Source: Elusimicrobiota bacterium (GTDB lineage Bacteria > Elusimicrobiota > Elusimicrobia > UBA1565). Taken from it: a stretch of 54,789 bases of DNA. The number at the start of each line of letters is the position of its first letter. Within the stretch, counting starts at the first letter, position 1. Under the pieces are notes generated by a model. The model saw only the letters and a list, made by a program, of their open reading frames with translations. It ran no database searches and was not told where the DNA came from. The position numbers and the translations under genes are program-made. The stretch spans positions 1-54,789 of the forward strand of contig JBDREN010000209.1 in NCBI GenBank assembly GCA_043819795.1, written 5' to 3'. Positions 19,831 to 29,745 of the stretch are shown here, piece after piece.

Positions 19831-21053
19831 GGCCTTCCGGAGGTCCCCTCGTGGTGGCGCATCAGGGGGACGATGAGGCCGAGCCACGCCATCACGCCGG
19901 CGAGGGCGATGAACGAATAGGCCGACGTCAGGATGACGCCCGCCTGCTGGACCAGCGTGATGACCAGCGAGGCCCCGCCCTTGCTGAAGCGGTAGCCGAA
20001 TACGTCGATGATCTCCTTGGCGCGGTAGCGCGCGTCGAAGGAGAGCGGGATGTAGAGGATCTCCTTGGCCGCCCGGAAGACGGAGTAGTCGAAGCACTTG
20101 AACAGCAGGAAGGCCGCCGCCGCCGTCTCCAGGGAAGGATGGGCTATCAGGGCGGCGCAGGCCGCGGCGTGGATGAGGGGGAGCCCCAAGTGGATCGTCC
20201 GGATCGCCAGCCAGCGCAGCAGGATGGGGGCCGCTACGAACTGCAGGAAGGCCGCGCCGCTGTTGACCGCCGCGAAGAACCAGCCGATGAACGAGGTCTG
20301 CTTGTCGACATCCGGGATCGCGTTCTGGAGGATGCCCTGGAAACGGAGATCGAGTCCCACCGATACCACCTGCGTGGCCACGATCACCAGGAAGAGGAAC
20401 AGCAGGGGCCGCGACCTCCGGAACTCGCCGAGACCCATGTGGCCGTGGCGCCCCCCTTTCTCATCCTCGGAAGGCTGGGGCTCGCCGCACTTGGCGTAGG
20501 CGAAGTCGGAGAGGATCGCCGTGGGGATGACCGAGGCCGCCGCGAAAAGGACCAGCGTGGCGCTCCCCAGGGGCCTGGCCAGGGCGCCCACCAGCATCCC
20601 GCCCGAGATGGCGCCCAAAGACGCGACGCCGGCGATAGGGCCGTTGAGCTTGCGGGCCGAATCCCGGCCGAAGGTGCTGTTGATGAAGGACCAGTACTGC
20701 TCGATGATGAGGACGATGTACGCCTGGCGGAATACATAGAGGGCCCCGATGGCGAGCGATGAGCCGGCCCGGACGGCCGCGTAGCAGAGCGCGATCATCG
20801 CGCCCGAGGCCAAGGTCGTGACCAGGAGGGTCCTTCTGGGGCCCAGAAGCGAAAGCGCCCGGCTGTAGAGGTACAGGAGCAGGATGACGCCGAGCGGCAT
20901 GAGGGCCATCGCCACGGGGAGGTTCTCGGTCCCGTAGGCGGCCTTGAAGAGGGTGATCGACGGGCCGCGGACGAACTCGTAGCCGCAGAGGAGGAAGCCC
21001 GCGGAGAAGGCCGTCGGGATCGCGGCCCAGAGGTGTCGTGACGGGATTCCCAT
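19827..21053 (-). CDS. Npt1/TLC-family nucleotide (ATP/ADP) transporter-like MFS protein
   Basis: About 12 hydrophobic segments; QYWSFIN, KCFDYSVFRAAKEILYIPL..RYRAKEIIDVFGYRFSKG. Confidence 0.78.
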   Translation of the reverse strand: MGIPSRHLWAAIPTAFSAGFLLCGYEFVRGPSITLFKAAYGTENLPVAMALMPLGVILLLYLYSRALSLLGPRRTLLVTTLASGAMIALCYAAVRAGSSLAIGALYVFRQAYIVLIIEQYWSFINSTFGRDSARKLNGPIAGVASLGAISGGMLVGALARPLGSATLVLFAAASVIPTAILSDFAYAKCGEPQPSEDEKGGRHGHMGLGEFRRSRPLLFLFLVIVATQVVSVGLDLRFQGILQNAIPDVDKQTSFIGWFFAAVNSGAAFLQFVAAPILLRWLAIRTIHLGLPLIHAAACAALIAHPSLETAAAAFLLFKCFDYSVFRAAKEILYIPLSFDARYRAKEIIDVFGYRFSKGGASLVITLVQQAGVILTSAYSFIALAGVMAWLGLIVPLMRHHEGTSGRP

Positions 21054-21185
21054 GGCGGTCGATGGCCCGGCTCGCGTGTACGGTACAAATTAAACCGCCG
21101 TCTTGGCACCGGCCTGTGTCGAACCTCGTCCTTCTTTGGGCCGCGGAGTCCGGTGGGTTGACATCCGCGGGAGAAATTCAGGATT

Positions 21186-22403
21186 ATGGCTCCAATGAAG
21201 AAGATAGACTCCACGGCGGCGGCCCGGGGACTTCGCGTGGCGGCCTTCCGCGGGGTCCGTTACGATTTTCGGCGGACGAGCCTGAGCCGCGCGCTCTGCC
21301 CACCGTATGACGTGATCCCTGAGGAGTTGGCTCTCCGCCTGCGGCGCGTCCCCGGCAACGCCATCCACCTCGAGCTGCCGGCCGGCGCAGGAGAGCGGCG
21401 CTACCGGGACGCGCGGCGGCTCTGGGAGCGTTGGCGCGAGAAGGGGCTTCTCGTGATCGACGAGCGTCCCGCGTTCTACGCGGTCGAGCAGACGTTCCGC
21501 TTCGGCGGGTCCGCGTACCGCCGCGCCGGGGTGCTGGCCGCCCTCGGGCTCGACGAAGGCACGGCACGGCGCGTGTTGCCTCACGAGAGGACGCTGTCCA
21601 ATCCCAAGCGGGACCGCGCGCGGCTGCTGCGGGCCTTGGGGGTGAATACGAGCCCGATCTTCGCGATCTTCAGCGATCCGGGCCGGCGCTTGCGCGGCGC
21701 GCTGGACGCCGTGCGCCGTACGCGTCCCCTGGCCGCGGGCCGCGACACCGGGGGCGTGGCCTACCGGCTGTGGCGCGTCGATTCCCCGGAGCGGGTGGAG
21801 CGGATGGAGCGGGCGTTCCGCTCCCGCCGGCTGCTGATCGCGGACGGCCACCATCGCTACGAAGCGGCGCGCGAGCACCGGAGGCTCGCGGGCCGGAAGG
21901 GGGGCGGGCACGTTCTCGCCTACCTGGTGGCCGAGGAGGACCCCGGCCTTATCGTCAACCCCACGCACCGCGTGCTTCGCGACAGCGGCGAGGTCCGGGC
22001 CGCGCTCGCGCGGCACTGCGCGTCCCGGGCGGCCGCCGGCCTCCCGGCGCTTACGAAGGCGCTCGCTCGCGCCCCGTCGCCCTTCGCTTTCGGGCTCTAC
22101 GACGGGAGTTTCCGGCTGATGCTCCCGGCTCGCGGGGACCGCGGCGTGGCGAGCCGGTTCGGGACGGACTGGATGGCGCGCCGCCTGCTGGCGTCGGTGG
22201 ACCCCCAGGACATCTCCTATCGCCACCAGGCGGCCGAGGCGGTCCGCGAGGCGCGCCTCCGCCGCGGCTTGGCGCTCTTGGTCAAGCCGTTCTCGGTGCC
22301 GGATATCCGCCGGGCCGTGGCGCGCGCGGGGCTTCTTCCCCAGAAGTCCACCTACTTCTATCCGAAGATCGCGACCGGGCTTGTTTTTCGCCGCTGCGTC
22401 TAG
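21186..22403 (+). CDS. DUF1015 family protein
   Basis: CPPYDVI, PHERT, IADGHHRYE, PTHR, LPQKSTYFYPKIATGL. Confidence 0.9.
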   Translation: MAPMKKIDSTAAARGLRVAAFRGVRYDFRRTSLSRALCPPYDVIPEELALRLRRVPGNAIHLELPAGAGERRYRDARRLWERWREKGLLVIDERPAFYAVEQTFRFGGSAYRRAGVLAALGLDEGTARRVLPHERTLSNPKRDRARLLRALGVNTSPIFAIFSDPGRRLRGALDAVRRTRPLAAGRDTGGVAYRLWRVDSPERVERMERAFRSRRLLIADGHHRYEAAREHRRLAGRKGGGHVLAYLVAEEDPGLIVNPTHRVLRDSGEVRAALARHCASRAAAGLPALTKALARAPSPFAFGLYDGSFRLMLPARGDRGVASRFGTDWMARRLLASVDPQDISYRHQAAEAVREARLRRGLALLVKPFSVPDIRRAVARAGLLPQKSTYFYPKIATGLVFRRCV

Positions 22404-22465
22404 AGGGCCTTGGCGAGTCCGATTTTACGCTTTGACCGGCGCCCCCGTTGCGGTACAATGTCGCG

Positions 22466-23224
22466 GTGAAGGTTTCCGTCATCATCCCCACCTGGAACGA
22501 GGGGCGGCAGATCGGGGCCGCGCTCAGGCGCTTGCGCGGCATCTCCTCGGGCGTGGGGACCGAGGTCATCGTCGTCGACGGCGGCAGCAAGGACGAGACC
22601 GTCGCGGCGGCGCGCGAGTGGGCCGACAAGGTCCTGCCGCTCGGCGGCACGAACCGCGGCGCGCAGCTCCGGAAAGGAGCTCAGGAGGCCCGGGGCGACC
22701 TCCTCTTCTTCCTGCACCCGGATACGCAGCCCCCCGGCGACTGGCGGTCGCACCTCGAGCGTTTCTGGCGGTCGTCCGGCGCCAAGACGGCGTCGGCCAC
22801 GGTGTTCAGCGTGGACTACGGCAAGCGCTGGAGCTTCAGGATCTTCGCCTGGGGGCGGAACCTGCGGATGGGCCTGCGCCAGACGGCCTACGGCGAGGCC
22901 GGCATCTGCACGACGCGCGAGATCTACGAGCGCAGCGGAGGCATCCCGGAGATCCCGCTGATGGAGGATGTGGTGTTCTCCCGGCGCCTCAAGCGTCTGG
23001 GGCGCATCGTCCGGCTTCCGGGCCGCATCCGCCCGGCGGCGCGGCGCCTGCACAAGGCCGGCCCGGCGCGCAACGCTCTGCGCGAGTTCTGGATCCGGAC
23101 GCGGTTCGCCCTCGGGGATTCTCCGGAGTCGCTCTGGCGGCGCTACTATTCGGTGAAGATGCAGGACGCGCCGGGGCTCGCCGACGGCGAGCGGATACTC
23201 AAGAGGGCGGTCAGAGGGAACTAG
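22466..23224 (+). CDS. Family 2 glycosyltransferase (TIGR04283-like)
   Basis: SVIIPTWNE, VIVVDGGSKD, LFFLHPD, YGEAG, PLMEDV; GTG start after a TTGACC-16-TACAAT promoter. Confidence 0.85.
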   Translation: MKVSVIIPTWNEGRQIGAALRRLRGISSGVGTEVIVVDGGSKDETVAAAREWADKVLPLGGTNRGAQLRKGAQEARGDLLFFLHPDTQPPGDWRSHLERFWRSSGAKTASATVFSVDYGKRWSFRIFAWGRNLRMGLRQTAYGEAGICTTREIYERSGGIPEIPLMEDVVFSRRLKRLGRIVRLPGRIRPAARRLHKAGPARNALREFWIRTRFALGDSPESLWRRYYSVKMQDAPGLADGERILKRAVRGN

Positions 23225-24116
23225 CCTTCCGGAGCGCGCGGATCCGCGCGTCCAGCGGCGGGTGGCTCGAGTAGAGCAGAGCGACGAGCCCGCGGTCGCC
23301 GCCGTGTATCTTGAACATCGCGACGGACGCGTGGCGGTTGTCGACGAGCCGCGCGTGCCCCTTCAGAGACTCCAGCGCGTGGACCATCGTCTCCCGGCTC
23401 GTCAGCCGCGCCGAGCCCGCGTCCGCCCGGTACTCGCGCCAGCGGGAGAAGAAGTAGATGAGCGGCAGGGCCAGAAGGAACAGGACGTTCTCCAGCAGCA
23501 TCACGACGATGAAGTAGGCGAAGTATCCGAGCCCGCCCCCCTCGTCGTCGCTGCGCAGGAAGTTGTCGATCGCGAACGCGATGACCCGCGCGAAGAACAT
23601 CACGAATGTGTTCACGACGCCCTGGATGAGCGCCATCGTCACCATGTCGCCGTTGGCGATGTGGGCGACCTCGTGGCCGAGCACGCCCTCCACGGCCTCG
23701 TCGTCCATCCGCTCCAGGAGTCCCACCGAGACGGCCAGGAGCGAGCGCTCCTTGCTCGGTCCGGTCGCGAAGGCGTTGACCTCGGCGTTGGGGTAGACGC
23801 CGATCTCGGGCAGCGTCTTCAGCCCGGCGCGCGCGCACAGCGAGCGGACCTTCTCGGCGAGGAAGGACTCGGCCTCGCTCCGCGGCCGGTCCGGGTCGAT
23901 AAGCGCGACGCCCATGGCGCGCTTGGCCGTCCATCGCGATATCTGCAGGGAGATGAACGAGCCGAGGAAGCCGAAGGCCGCGCAGAATATCAGCAGGCCC
24001 TCGTAGTTTATCCCGCGCGCGGACAGGTAGGGCCGGATCCCCAGGAGGTTGAGGAGGATCGAGATCGTCAGGACGACGACGATATTGACCGCGAGATAGA
24101 AGAATACCCTTCTCAT
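23211..24116 (-). CDS. htpX: Membrane zinc protease HtpX
   Basis: NAFATG, GHEVAHIANGDMVT, FSRWREYRAD, SHPPL. Confidence 0.95.
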   Translation of the reverse strand: MRRVFFYLAVNIVVVLTISILLNLLGIRPYLSARGINYEGLLIFCAAFGFLGSFISLQISRWTAKRAMGVALIDPDRPRSEAESFLAEKVRSLCARAGLKTLPEIGVYPNAEVNAFATGPSKERSLLAVSVGLLERMDDEAVEGVLGHEVAHIANGDMVTMALIQGVVNTFVMFFARVIAFAIDNFLRSDDEGGGLGYFAYFIVVMLLENVLFLLALPLIYFFSRWREYRADAGSARLTSRETMVHALESLKGHARLVDNRHASVAMFKIHGGDRGLVALLYSSHPPLDARIRALRKASSL

Positions 24117-24149
24117 GGGCTGTGCCCGGGAACGAGGGCGGCCGCTATA

Positions 24150-24515
24150 TCAGCTGAGGACTTCCTTGACCTTGCTGAGGATGGCGTCCATGCCGGCGCC
24201 CTTCTGCAGGGCCCCGTCGGCGTCGCGCAGGTGGCCTTCCTTGGCCTCCTTCGCGATGTCGCGCCCCGTCATGATGAGGATCTTCGCGCGGGTCCGCGTT
24301 TTCTTGCGGACGTCCAGAGCGGGGGTCGTCGGGTCGAGGCCGGGCATCCCCATGTCGAGCAGGATCAAGTCGGCGGTGACGTCCTTGAGCTTGTTGATGA
24401 TCGCGTCGGCGGAGGCGGCCGATTCCACCTTGAATCCGTCGGCCTCCAGCGCGGCCTTCAGAAAGTCCGCCATATCCGGTTCGTCGTCCGCTATCAGGAT
24501 CGTCTTCTCCGCCAT
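24150..24515 (-). CDS. Single-domain response regulator (receiver)
   Basis: ILIADDE, DLILLDMGMPG, ILIMTG, LQKG; AGGAGG Shine-Dalgarno upstream. Confidence 0.85.
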   Translation of the reverse strand: MAEKTILIADDEPDMADFLKAALEADGFKVESAASADAIINKLKDVTADLILLDMGMPGLDPTTPALDVRKKTRTRAKILIMTGRDIAKEAKEGHLRDADGALQKGAGMDAILSKVKEVLS

Positions 24516-24689
24516 GAAAGCCTCCTGTTCTAGAGCCGATTTCCTCCCACTGTCCTCTATGGCCCCCCCATAGTACTCTAGCGGAAGTCCGGCGTCAAGA
24601 CGGCGGCGGGGAAGGTTCCCCTCCGCGAGCTTCTCAAGCGCCCGGATTAGCGGGGCCAAGTGCTTTGGCGAACGCGGGTCCAGGTCTAA

Positions 24690-24848
24690 GGGCTCGGAAA
24701 GAAATAAAGGTGCCGTTTTGGACGCCGATGCATCCCGGCCGGCCGCGTTGCTTGTCGGTCACATACCGACGGGTATGCTCCCTCCTCGCGCCTTGCCGGC
24801 CGGGCGCCTCGACGCCCAAAATCGACACCTTTATTTCTTTCCGAGCCC
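24690..24848. mobile_element. MITE-like non-autonomous element, 159 bp
   Basis: Perfect 23-bp terminal inverted repeats GGGCTCGGAAAGAAATAAAGGTG / CACCTTTATTTCTTTCCGAGCCC flanked by TAA on both sides; the interior is also self-complementary. Confidence 0.8.
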
Positions 24849-25012
24849 TAAAGCCTTCCGCGCGTCGGGCCCCGTCAGAGGCGTCGGCCATCGACGCCAT
24901 TATAGCGCTTTGTCTTGACGCTTCGGCGGAGGGAATGGTACCGTGTCCCGACAGCCGTCAAACGGGTCCCCGCGCCCGGAAGGCGGGACGTCCGGGCCGG
25001 ACCATTTTAAAG

Positions 25013-25807
25013 ATGGATACCTCCGCCGAAGAAAAAAAGACCGACGAGCTGCTCGTTACCACCGAGGGGCCGGTCGGCGTCGTGCAAATCAACCGCCCCC
25101 GGGTCCTGAACGCGCTCAGCCATTCGGTCATGAAGATGCTCGTGTCGGCGTTGGAGCGCTTCGACGAGGACGATGAGATCCGCTGCGTCGTGCTCACGGG
25201 CGGCGAGCGGGCCTTCGCCGCCGGCGTGGACATCAGGGAGCTGGAGGACGCCTCGATCGTCGACTTGCTGACGAAGCGGCAGATGCTCCGATGGGACCGG
25301 ATCCGTGGGATCTCGAAGCCCATCGTGGCCGCCGTCAACGGGTACGCCCTGGGCGGCGGCTGCGAGCTGGCCATGGCGTGCGACATCATCGTGGCCGGCG
25401 AGACGGCGGTCTTCGCCCAGCCCGAGATCGACATCGGCGTCATCCCCGGCGCCGGCGGGACCCAGCGTTTGACGCGGACGCTCGGCAAGCCGCTCGCGAT
25501 GGATATGATCCTCACCGGCCGCCGCCTGTCGGCGTCCGAAGCGCTCGCGCACGGGCTCGTGAGCCGCGTGGTCCCCGCCGAGAGGTGCCTCGAGGAGGCG
25601 ATGCGGCTCGCTCGGGAGATCGCCAAGAAGCCGGCGGTCGCCGTGCTGATGGCGAAGGAAGGGGTGGCCCGGGCGCTCGACATGAGCCTCGAGACGGCGC
25701 TGGATTACGAGCGGAAGCTCTTCTACCTGCTTTTCGGGACCGAGGACCAGAAGGAGGGCATGAAGGCCTTCCGCGAGAAGCGCAAGCCCGAATTCAAGGG
25801 GAAGTGA
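25013..25807 (+). CDS. Enoyl-CoA hydratase (PaaF-like)
   Basis: INRPRVLNAL, AFAAGVDI, GYALGGGCELA, QPEI..G..PGAGGTQRL, EGMKAFREKRKPEF. Confidence 0.92.
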   Translation: MDTSAEEKKTDELLVTTEGPVGVVQINRPRVLNALSHSVMKMLVSALERFDEDDEIRCVVLTGGERAFAAGVDIRELEDASIVDLLTKRQMLRWDRIRGISKPIVAAVNGYALGGGCELAMACDIIVAGETAVFAQPEIDIGVIPGAGGTQRLTRTLGKPLAMDMILTGRRLSASEALAHGLVSRVVPAERCLEEAMRLAREIAKKPAVAVLMAKEGVARALDMSLETALDYERKLFYLLFGTEDQKEGMKAFREKRKPEFKGK

Positions 25808-25829
25808 GCTCGCTCCGGGAGGGCGCTTT

Positions 25830-26642
25830 GTGACCGAGACCGTGACGACCGCCGAAGAGCCGCTGATCACCCGGACCGAGGGCGGCGTCCTGACGCTGAC
25901 GCTCAACCGGCCGGACGCGCTCAACCGGCTGACCCCCGTCATGATGGATGGCCTGCGCGCCGGTCTGAAGAGGGCGGCGGGGGACCCGTTGGTACGCGTC
26001 GTCGTGATCACCGGAGCGGGCCGGGCATTCTGCGCCGGAGCGGACCTCGAGGAGCTCAAGAAGGCCTGCCGCGAGGGGGCCGAGCCCTCGCTCGGCGGCG
26101 AGCTTCGGAAGCGCTTCATCCCCCTGGTTCAGCAGATCCGCCGCATGGAGAAGCCTGTCGTGGGCGCGGTCAACGGCCTCGCGGCCGGGGCGGGCGCGAG
26201 CCTGATCCTCTGCTGCGACATCAAGATCTGCTCGGCGACGGCCAAGTTCGTGGCGGACTTCATCCGGCTCGGGCTCGTGCCCGACCCGGGCTTCACCTAC
26301 CTGTGCGCGCGATCTCTCGGCTTCTCGCGCACGCTCGAGCACGCCTGGACCGCGAAGCCGATCCAGGCGACGGTGGCCGAGCATTTCGGTCTCGTCAATA
26401 AGGTCGTGCCTTCCGACGAGCTGGCCCTCGCGGTCAAGGCGACCGTCGACGAGCTCCTCAAGGCGCCGCCGCGCGCGGTGGCCCTCACCAAGCGGGCCGT
26501 GAACAGGGCGCTCGAGAATACGTTCGACGACCAGCTCGACTACGACGCCCATCTGCAGGAGGTCCTCGGCCGGACGGAGGACCACCGCGAAGGCGTGGCC
26601 GCCTTTGTCGAGGATCGCCCGCCGAAGTTCACGGGGGAATAG
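25830..26642 (+). CDS. Enoyl-CoA hydratase/isomerase (PaaG-like)
   Basis: LNRPDALN, AFCAGADL, AVNGLAAGAG, F.RLGLVPD.G, DHREGVAAFVEDRPP. Confidence 0.88.
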   Translation: MTETVTTAEEPLITRTEGGVLTLTLNRPDALNRLTPVMMDGLRAGLKRAAGDPLVRVVVITGAGRAFCAGADLEELKKACREGAEPSLGGELRKRFIPLVQQIRRMEKPVVGAVNGLAAGAGASLILCCDIKICSATAKFVADFIRLGLVPDPGFTYLCARSLGFSRTLEHAWTAKPIQATVAEHFGLVNKVVPSDELALAVKATVDELLKAPPRAVALTKRAVNRALENTFDDQLDYDAHLQEVLGRTEDHREGVAAFVEDRPPKFTGE

Positions 26643-26652
26643 GGCTGCGCCG

Positions 26653-27732
26653 ATGAGCGGGGTCCGGACCCTGGCCGTCATCGGGGCGGGCGACGCGGGG
26701 CGGGGCATCGCCGAGCTCGCCGCCCGCCGCGGCGTGGCGGTCCGCCTCTTCGACACCATCCCCCGCGACTTCGCCGAGGCGCGCGAGCGGATCCGGAAGA
26801 GCCTCGACGAGCGGGCGGCCGCGGGTGAGATCACCCGCCATCAGGCCGCCAAGGCTCTGTCCAGAGTCCGGCAGATCGCCCGCATGCAGGACCTGCGCGG
26901 GGCCGACTTCATTATCGAGGCCGTGCCCGAGGCCTTCGCCATCAAGAAGACGCTTTTCCGCGACCTGGACGGTCTTATCCGGCGGGACGTCGTGCTCGCG
27001 ACGAGTACCTCCCGATCATGCGTCCAGCGCCTTGCCGAGTTCACGCACCATCCAACCCGCGTGCTGGGGATGCGTTTCGTCGAGTCCCCGTTCGCGGCGA
27101 AGCTCGTCGAGGTCGTGCGGCATGAAGACACGCGGCAGCCGATCCTGAACGCGGCGCGGGCCTTCGCTCGGCGGCTCGGGTGCGTGCCGGTCACGGTCAG
27201 GGACGGCCCCGGGTTCCTCGTCGACCGGCTCTTCTGCCGCTACTGGGGCGCGGCCCAGCGGCTGGCCGCCGGGGGCGCCGGGACCTTCGCCGGGATCGAC
27301 CGCGCCGCGAGGGAGCGGGGCGTGCCGGCGGGGCCCTTCGAGACCATGGACTCGAAGGGTCTTGCCGCGAGCCTTGAGACCGCTAAGTTCGTCTACGAGG
27401 GGCTCGGTCGCCCCCGGCGCCTCCGTCCGAACCCGATCCAGGAGGAGCTCGTCGCCGCCGGCTGCGGCGGACGAGTGTCCGGAAAGGGCTTCTACCTCTA
27501 CAAGCGCGGCGAGCCAGTGCGGGAGAATCCCAAGGCGGCGGCGCTCCTGCCGGCGGACGGGCGGCCGCTCACGTCCGACCGGATATGGAACGGCCTCATG
27601 AAGGCTGTCCACGGCGAGGGCGAGCGGATCGTGGCAGAGGGCGTCGCGTTCAAAGCCGGGGTGGATGAGGCTGTTCGGGTCGCGATGGGCTTCCCCCGGG
27701 GACCCTTCTCCTGGCGGCGGGCACGCCGCTAA
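26653..27732 (+). CDS. 3-hydroxyacyl-CoA dehydrogenase-like protein (PaaH-like, catalytic motifs degenerate)
   Basis: VIGAG..GRGIA, IIEAVPE, PGFLV.R, GPFETMD, G.VSGKGFY, MGFPRGPF. Confidence 0.8.
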   Translation: MSGVRTLAVIGAGDAGRGIAELAARRGVAVRLFDTIPRDFAEARERIRKSLDERAAAGEITRHQAAKALSRVRQIARMQDLRGADFIIEAVPEAFAIKKTLFRDLDGLIRRDVVLATSTSRSCVQRLAEFTHHPTRVLGMRFVESPFAAKLVEVVRHEDTRQPILNAARAFARRLGCVPVTVRDGPGFLVDRLFCRYWGAAQRLAAGGAGTFAGIDRAARERGVPAGPFETMDSKGLAASLETAKFVYEGLGRPRRLRPNPIQEELVAAGCGGRVSGKGFYLYKRGEPVRENPKAAALLPADGRPLTSDRIWNGLMKAVHGEGERIVAEGVAFKAGVDEAVRVAMGFPRGPFSWRRARR

Positions 27733-27874
27733 TCGCTCACATTCCCAGCCTTCCCTTCTTCGTCGGGACAGCTGTAAAGGCTTTCGGCCTATTTGGGTGT
27801 GGGCCCTCCTGCCCTGCTCGTTTGGAACTCAAGACCCCTGCGAATAGGCGCGGCCGGTGTAAAATATCAATAAG

Positions 27875-28807
27875 ATGAAGGCGATCCGCTGGATCTTGGG
27901 GGCACTTCTGCTGGCCTGCGCGGGTCCGGGATTCACCGCTGAGCCGTCCGCCTTGCGCGGGCTCCTCGACGCGGCCGGCGTGGAGAGCCTCCCGGATGCC
28001 GGTATCCCGCAATCCGTTTCTCGCGACCAGGCCGGGAGCGCGGACACCGCGGCGATCGTGAAGGACATGACGTCCCCGCATCAGCTCTCGCGGCGGCGCA
28101 GCCGCCCGGCGTTCACCGATCTCATGGATCTCGTCATAGATCCCAGCTGCGGCGCCTACGGCGGCGACGTCGATGCCGACGTGCGGCGGGCGGTGGCGAG
28201 CCTGTTCCTCAACTCGGTGGAGGAAGGTCTTGACCGCCTGGAGGCGTGGGCCCCGGGCTTGGTGGCGGAGATCCAGTCCAACGTCGCGGGCAAGAGACTG
28301 ATCGTCTATTGCGGCGGCTGCGGCGAGGGCGTCGGCAAATTCGTGACGGACACTTTGAGCAGGAACATCCTTTATTACTCCCCGGCGGAAGGCGGTCTGG
28401 CCGGCATCATGATCCGGAGCGCGGGCCGAAGCGCCCAAGGTCCCCAGTGCCGCCGGGCTCCCGGGATGCCGGGCCGGGTTCATTCCGATCCCCACCTGGC
28501 GTGGGGCGCGAACAAGAACGCTCTCTTTCACGAGTTCCTGCACTTCGCCGGCGTGGACAACGTCGACCAGGACACCCACAACCGGCTGGACTCGTGGTCC
28601 GCCGGCCGTCAGGCGGACCGGGTCTTCTCCTGCGCGGCCTTGGCCCATCCCACGCCGGTCGCCCCGGTCGCCAAGTGGTCCATGCGCGGATGGTACGCGT
28701 CCACCGTCCGGTCGTGCTCCACGTGCGTGGATCCGGATTCTCCGTTGGTCCCGAAGTGCCGGCGATCGTTCCCGGAAGGTCCCGCGCCGAACCTCGACAG
28801 ATCGTAG
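27875..28807 (+). CDS. Secreted Cys-rich hypothetical protein with an HExxH motif
   Basis: Signal peptide MKAIRWILGALLLAC; LFHEFLHFAG. Confidence 0.65.
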   Translation: MKAIRWILGALLLACAGPGFTAEPSALRGLLDAAGVESLPDAGIPQSVSRDQAGSADTAAIVKDMTSPHQLSRRRSRPAFTDLMDLVIDPSCGAYGGDVDADVRRAVASLFLNSVEEGLDRLEAWAPGLVAEIQSNVAGKRLIVYCGGCGEGVGKFVTDTLSRNILYYSPAEGGLAGIMIRSAGRSAQGPQCRRAPGMPGRVHSDPHLAWGANKNALFHEFLHFAGVDNVDQDTHNRLDSWSAGRQADRVFSCAALAHPTPVAPVAKWSMRGWYASTVRSCSTCVDPDSPLVPKCRRSFPEGPAPNLDRS

Positions 28808-28819
28808 GATGCTCTGGCC

Positions 28820-29644
28820 GTGGGCGACAAAAGCGAACTCAGATACGCCGTCCTTCTCATAAAGCAGGAGTTTCTCCGTCCGCCGGAGATCGCCCACGTC
28901 TTGGCCGCGGTCCGGAAAGTGCCTTTCCACGACGTGATACCCGCGGCGAAGAGCTCCTGGGGGATCATCGCGGGCGATCTAGAAAAGAAGGCCGCTCAGG
29001 AGCTGGCCGGGTTGCTGAGCGGCTCCGATCTCGGAGCCCTCGCCATCCCCCGGACGCTGATCGAGGATCTCCCCCCGGCCCGCAAGGCCGCGGAGCTTGG
29101 ATTGGGTCCCGATGGCCTGCATGTCCCCCGGGATACGGGGGGGACGGAGCGGGTCGCGAAAGAACGGCTCGCGCTCATCGCCGCGTCTGGCTTTAAAGAG
29201 GCGGAGCTCAAGAAAGAGAAGGGGGAGCGGTATCCGAGCGCGGGCCACGCGGAGGTGGGCTTCGGCCTCGCGGCTGTGACGGGCCTCCCGATCGGCCCGG
29301 GCCGGCGGAAGCGGGAGCCGGCCAAGCCCCCGGCGAGCTCCGAGCTCGTGTTCTACTTCGACCTTTTTCTGAAGAATCCCTCCGAGCGCCTGAGGATCGA
29401 CGCCCAGCGATTCGACTTCTCGTGCCTCAAGGCGCGCATGGCCTACAACGTTCTGGGAAACCTCAGGCGGCTCATCGAGAGCATGGTGAGGATAGCGCCG
29501 GCCGCGAGGCAGAACAGGGGCGCGAAGGTGATCGCGGAGAAAAGGCCCCTGCGAGAGATGGGTTACGAGACCCCGGCCGACCTGGATCGCGAGTGCCGCT
29601 GGCTTCTGACCTTGGATTCCTTGGGCCTTCCGGCGGATTCCTGA
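28820..29644 (+). CDS. Hypothetical protein
   Basis: Long ORF with protein-like composition directly downstream of the previous gene. Confidence 0.65.
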   Translation: MGDKSELRYAVLLIKQEFLRPPEIAHVLAAVRKVPFHDVIPAAKSSWGIIAGDLEKKAAQELAGLLSGSDLGALAIPRTLIEDLPPARKAAELGLGPDGLHVPRDTGGTERVAKERLALIAASGFKEAELKKEKGERYPSAGHAEVGFGLAAVTGLPIGPGRRKREPAKPPASSELVFYFDLFLKNPSERLRIDAQRFDFSCLKARMAYNVLGNLRRLIESMVRIAPAARQNRGAKVIAEKRPLREMGYETPADLDRECRWLLTLDSLGLPADS

Positions 29645-29745
29645 ACCCGCTGCGTTTGCCGAAAATTTACCTTTCTGTCATGCGGCCGTAATATGAATTC
29701 GGCATTATATTGAAGAAGAAATCGCCGAGGGAGGGAGAAGCCGCC

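Noticed and set aside
24665..25012. N-terminal extension of the enoyl-CoA hydratase
   Set aside because: It reads through the MITE and a likely promoter; family homology begins near 25013.
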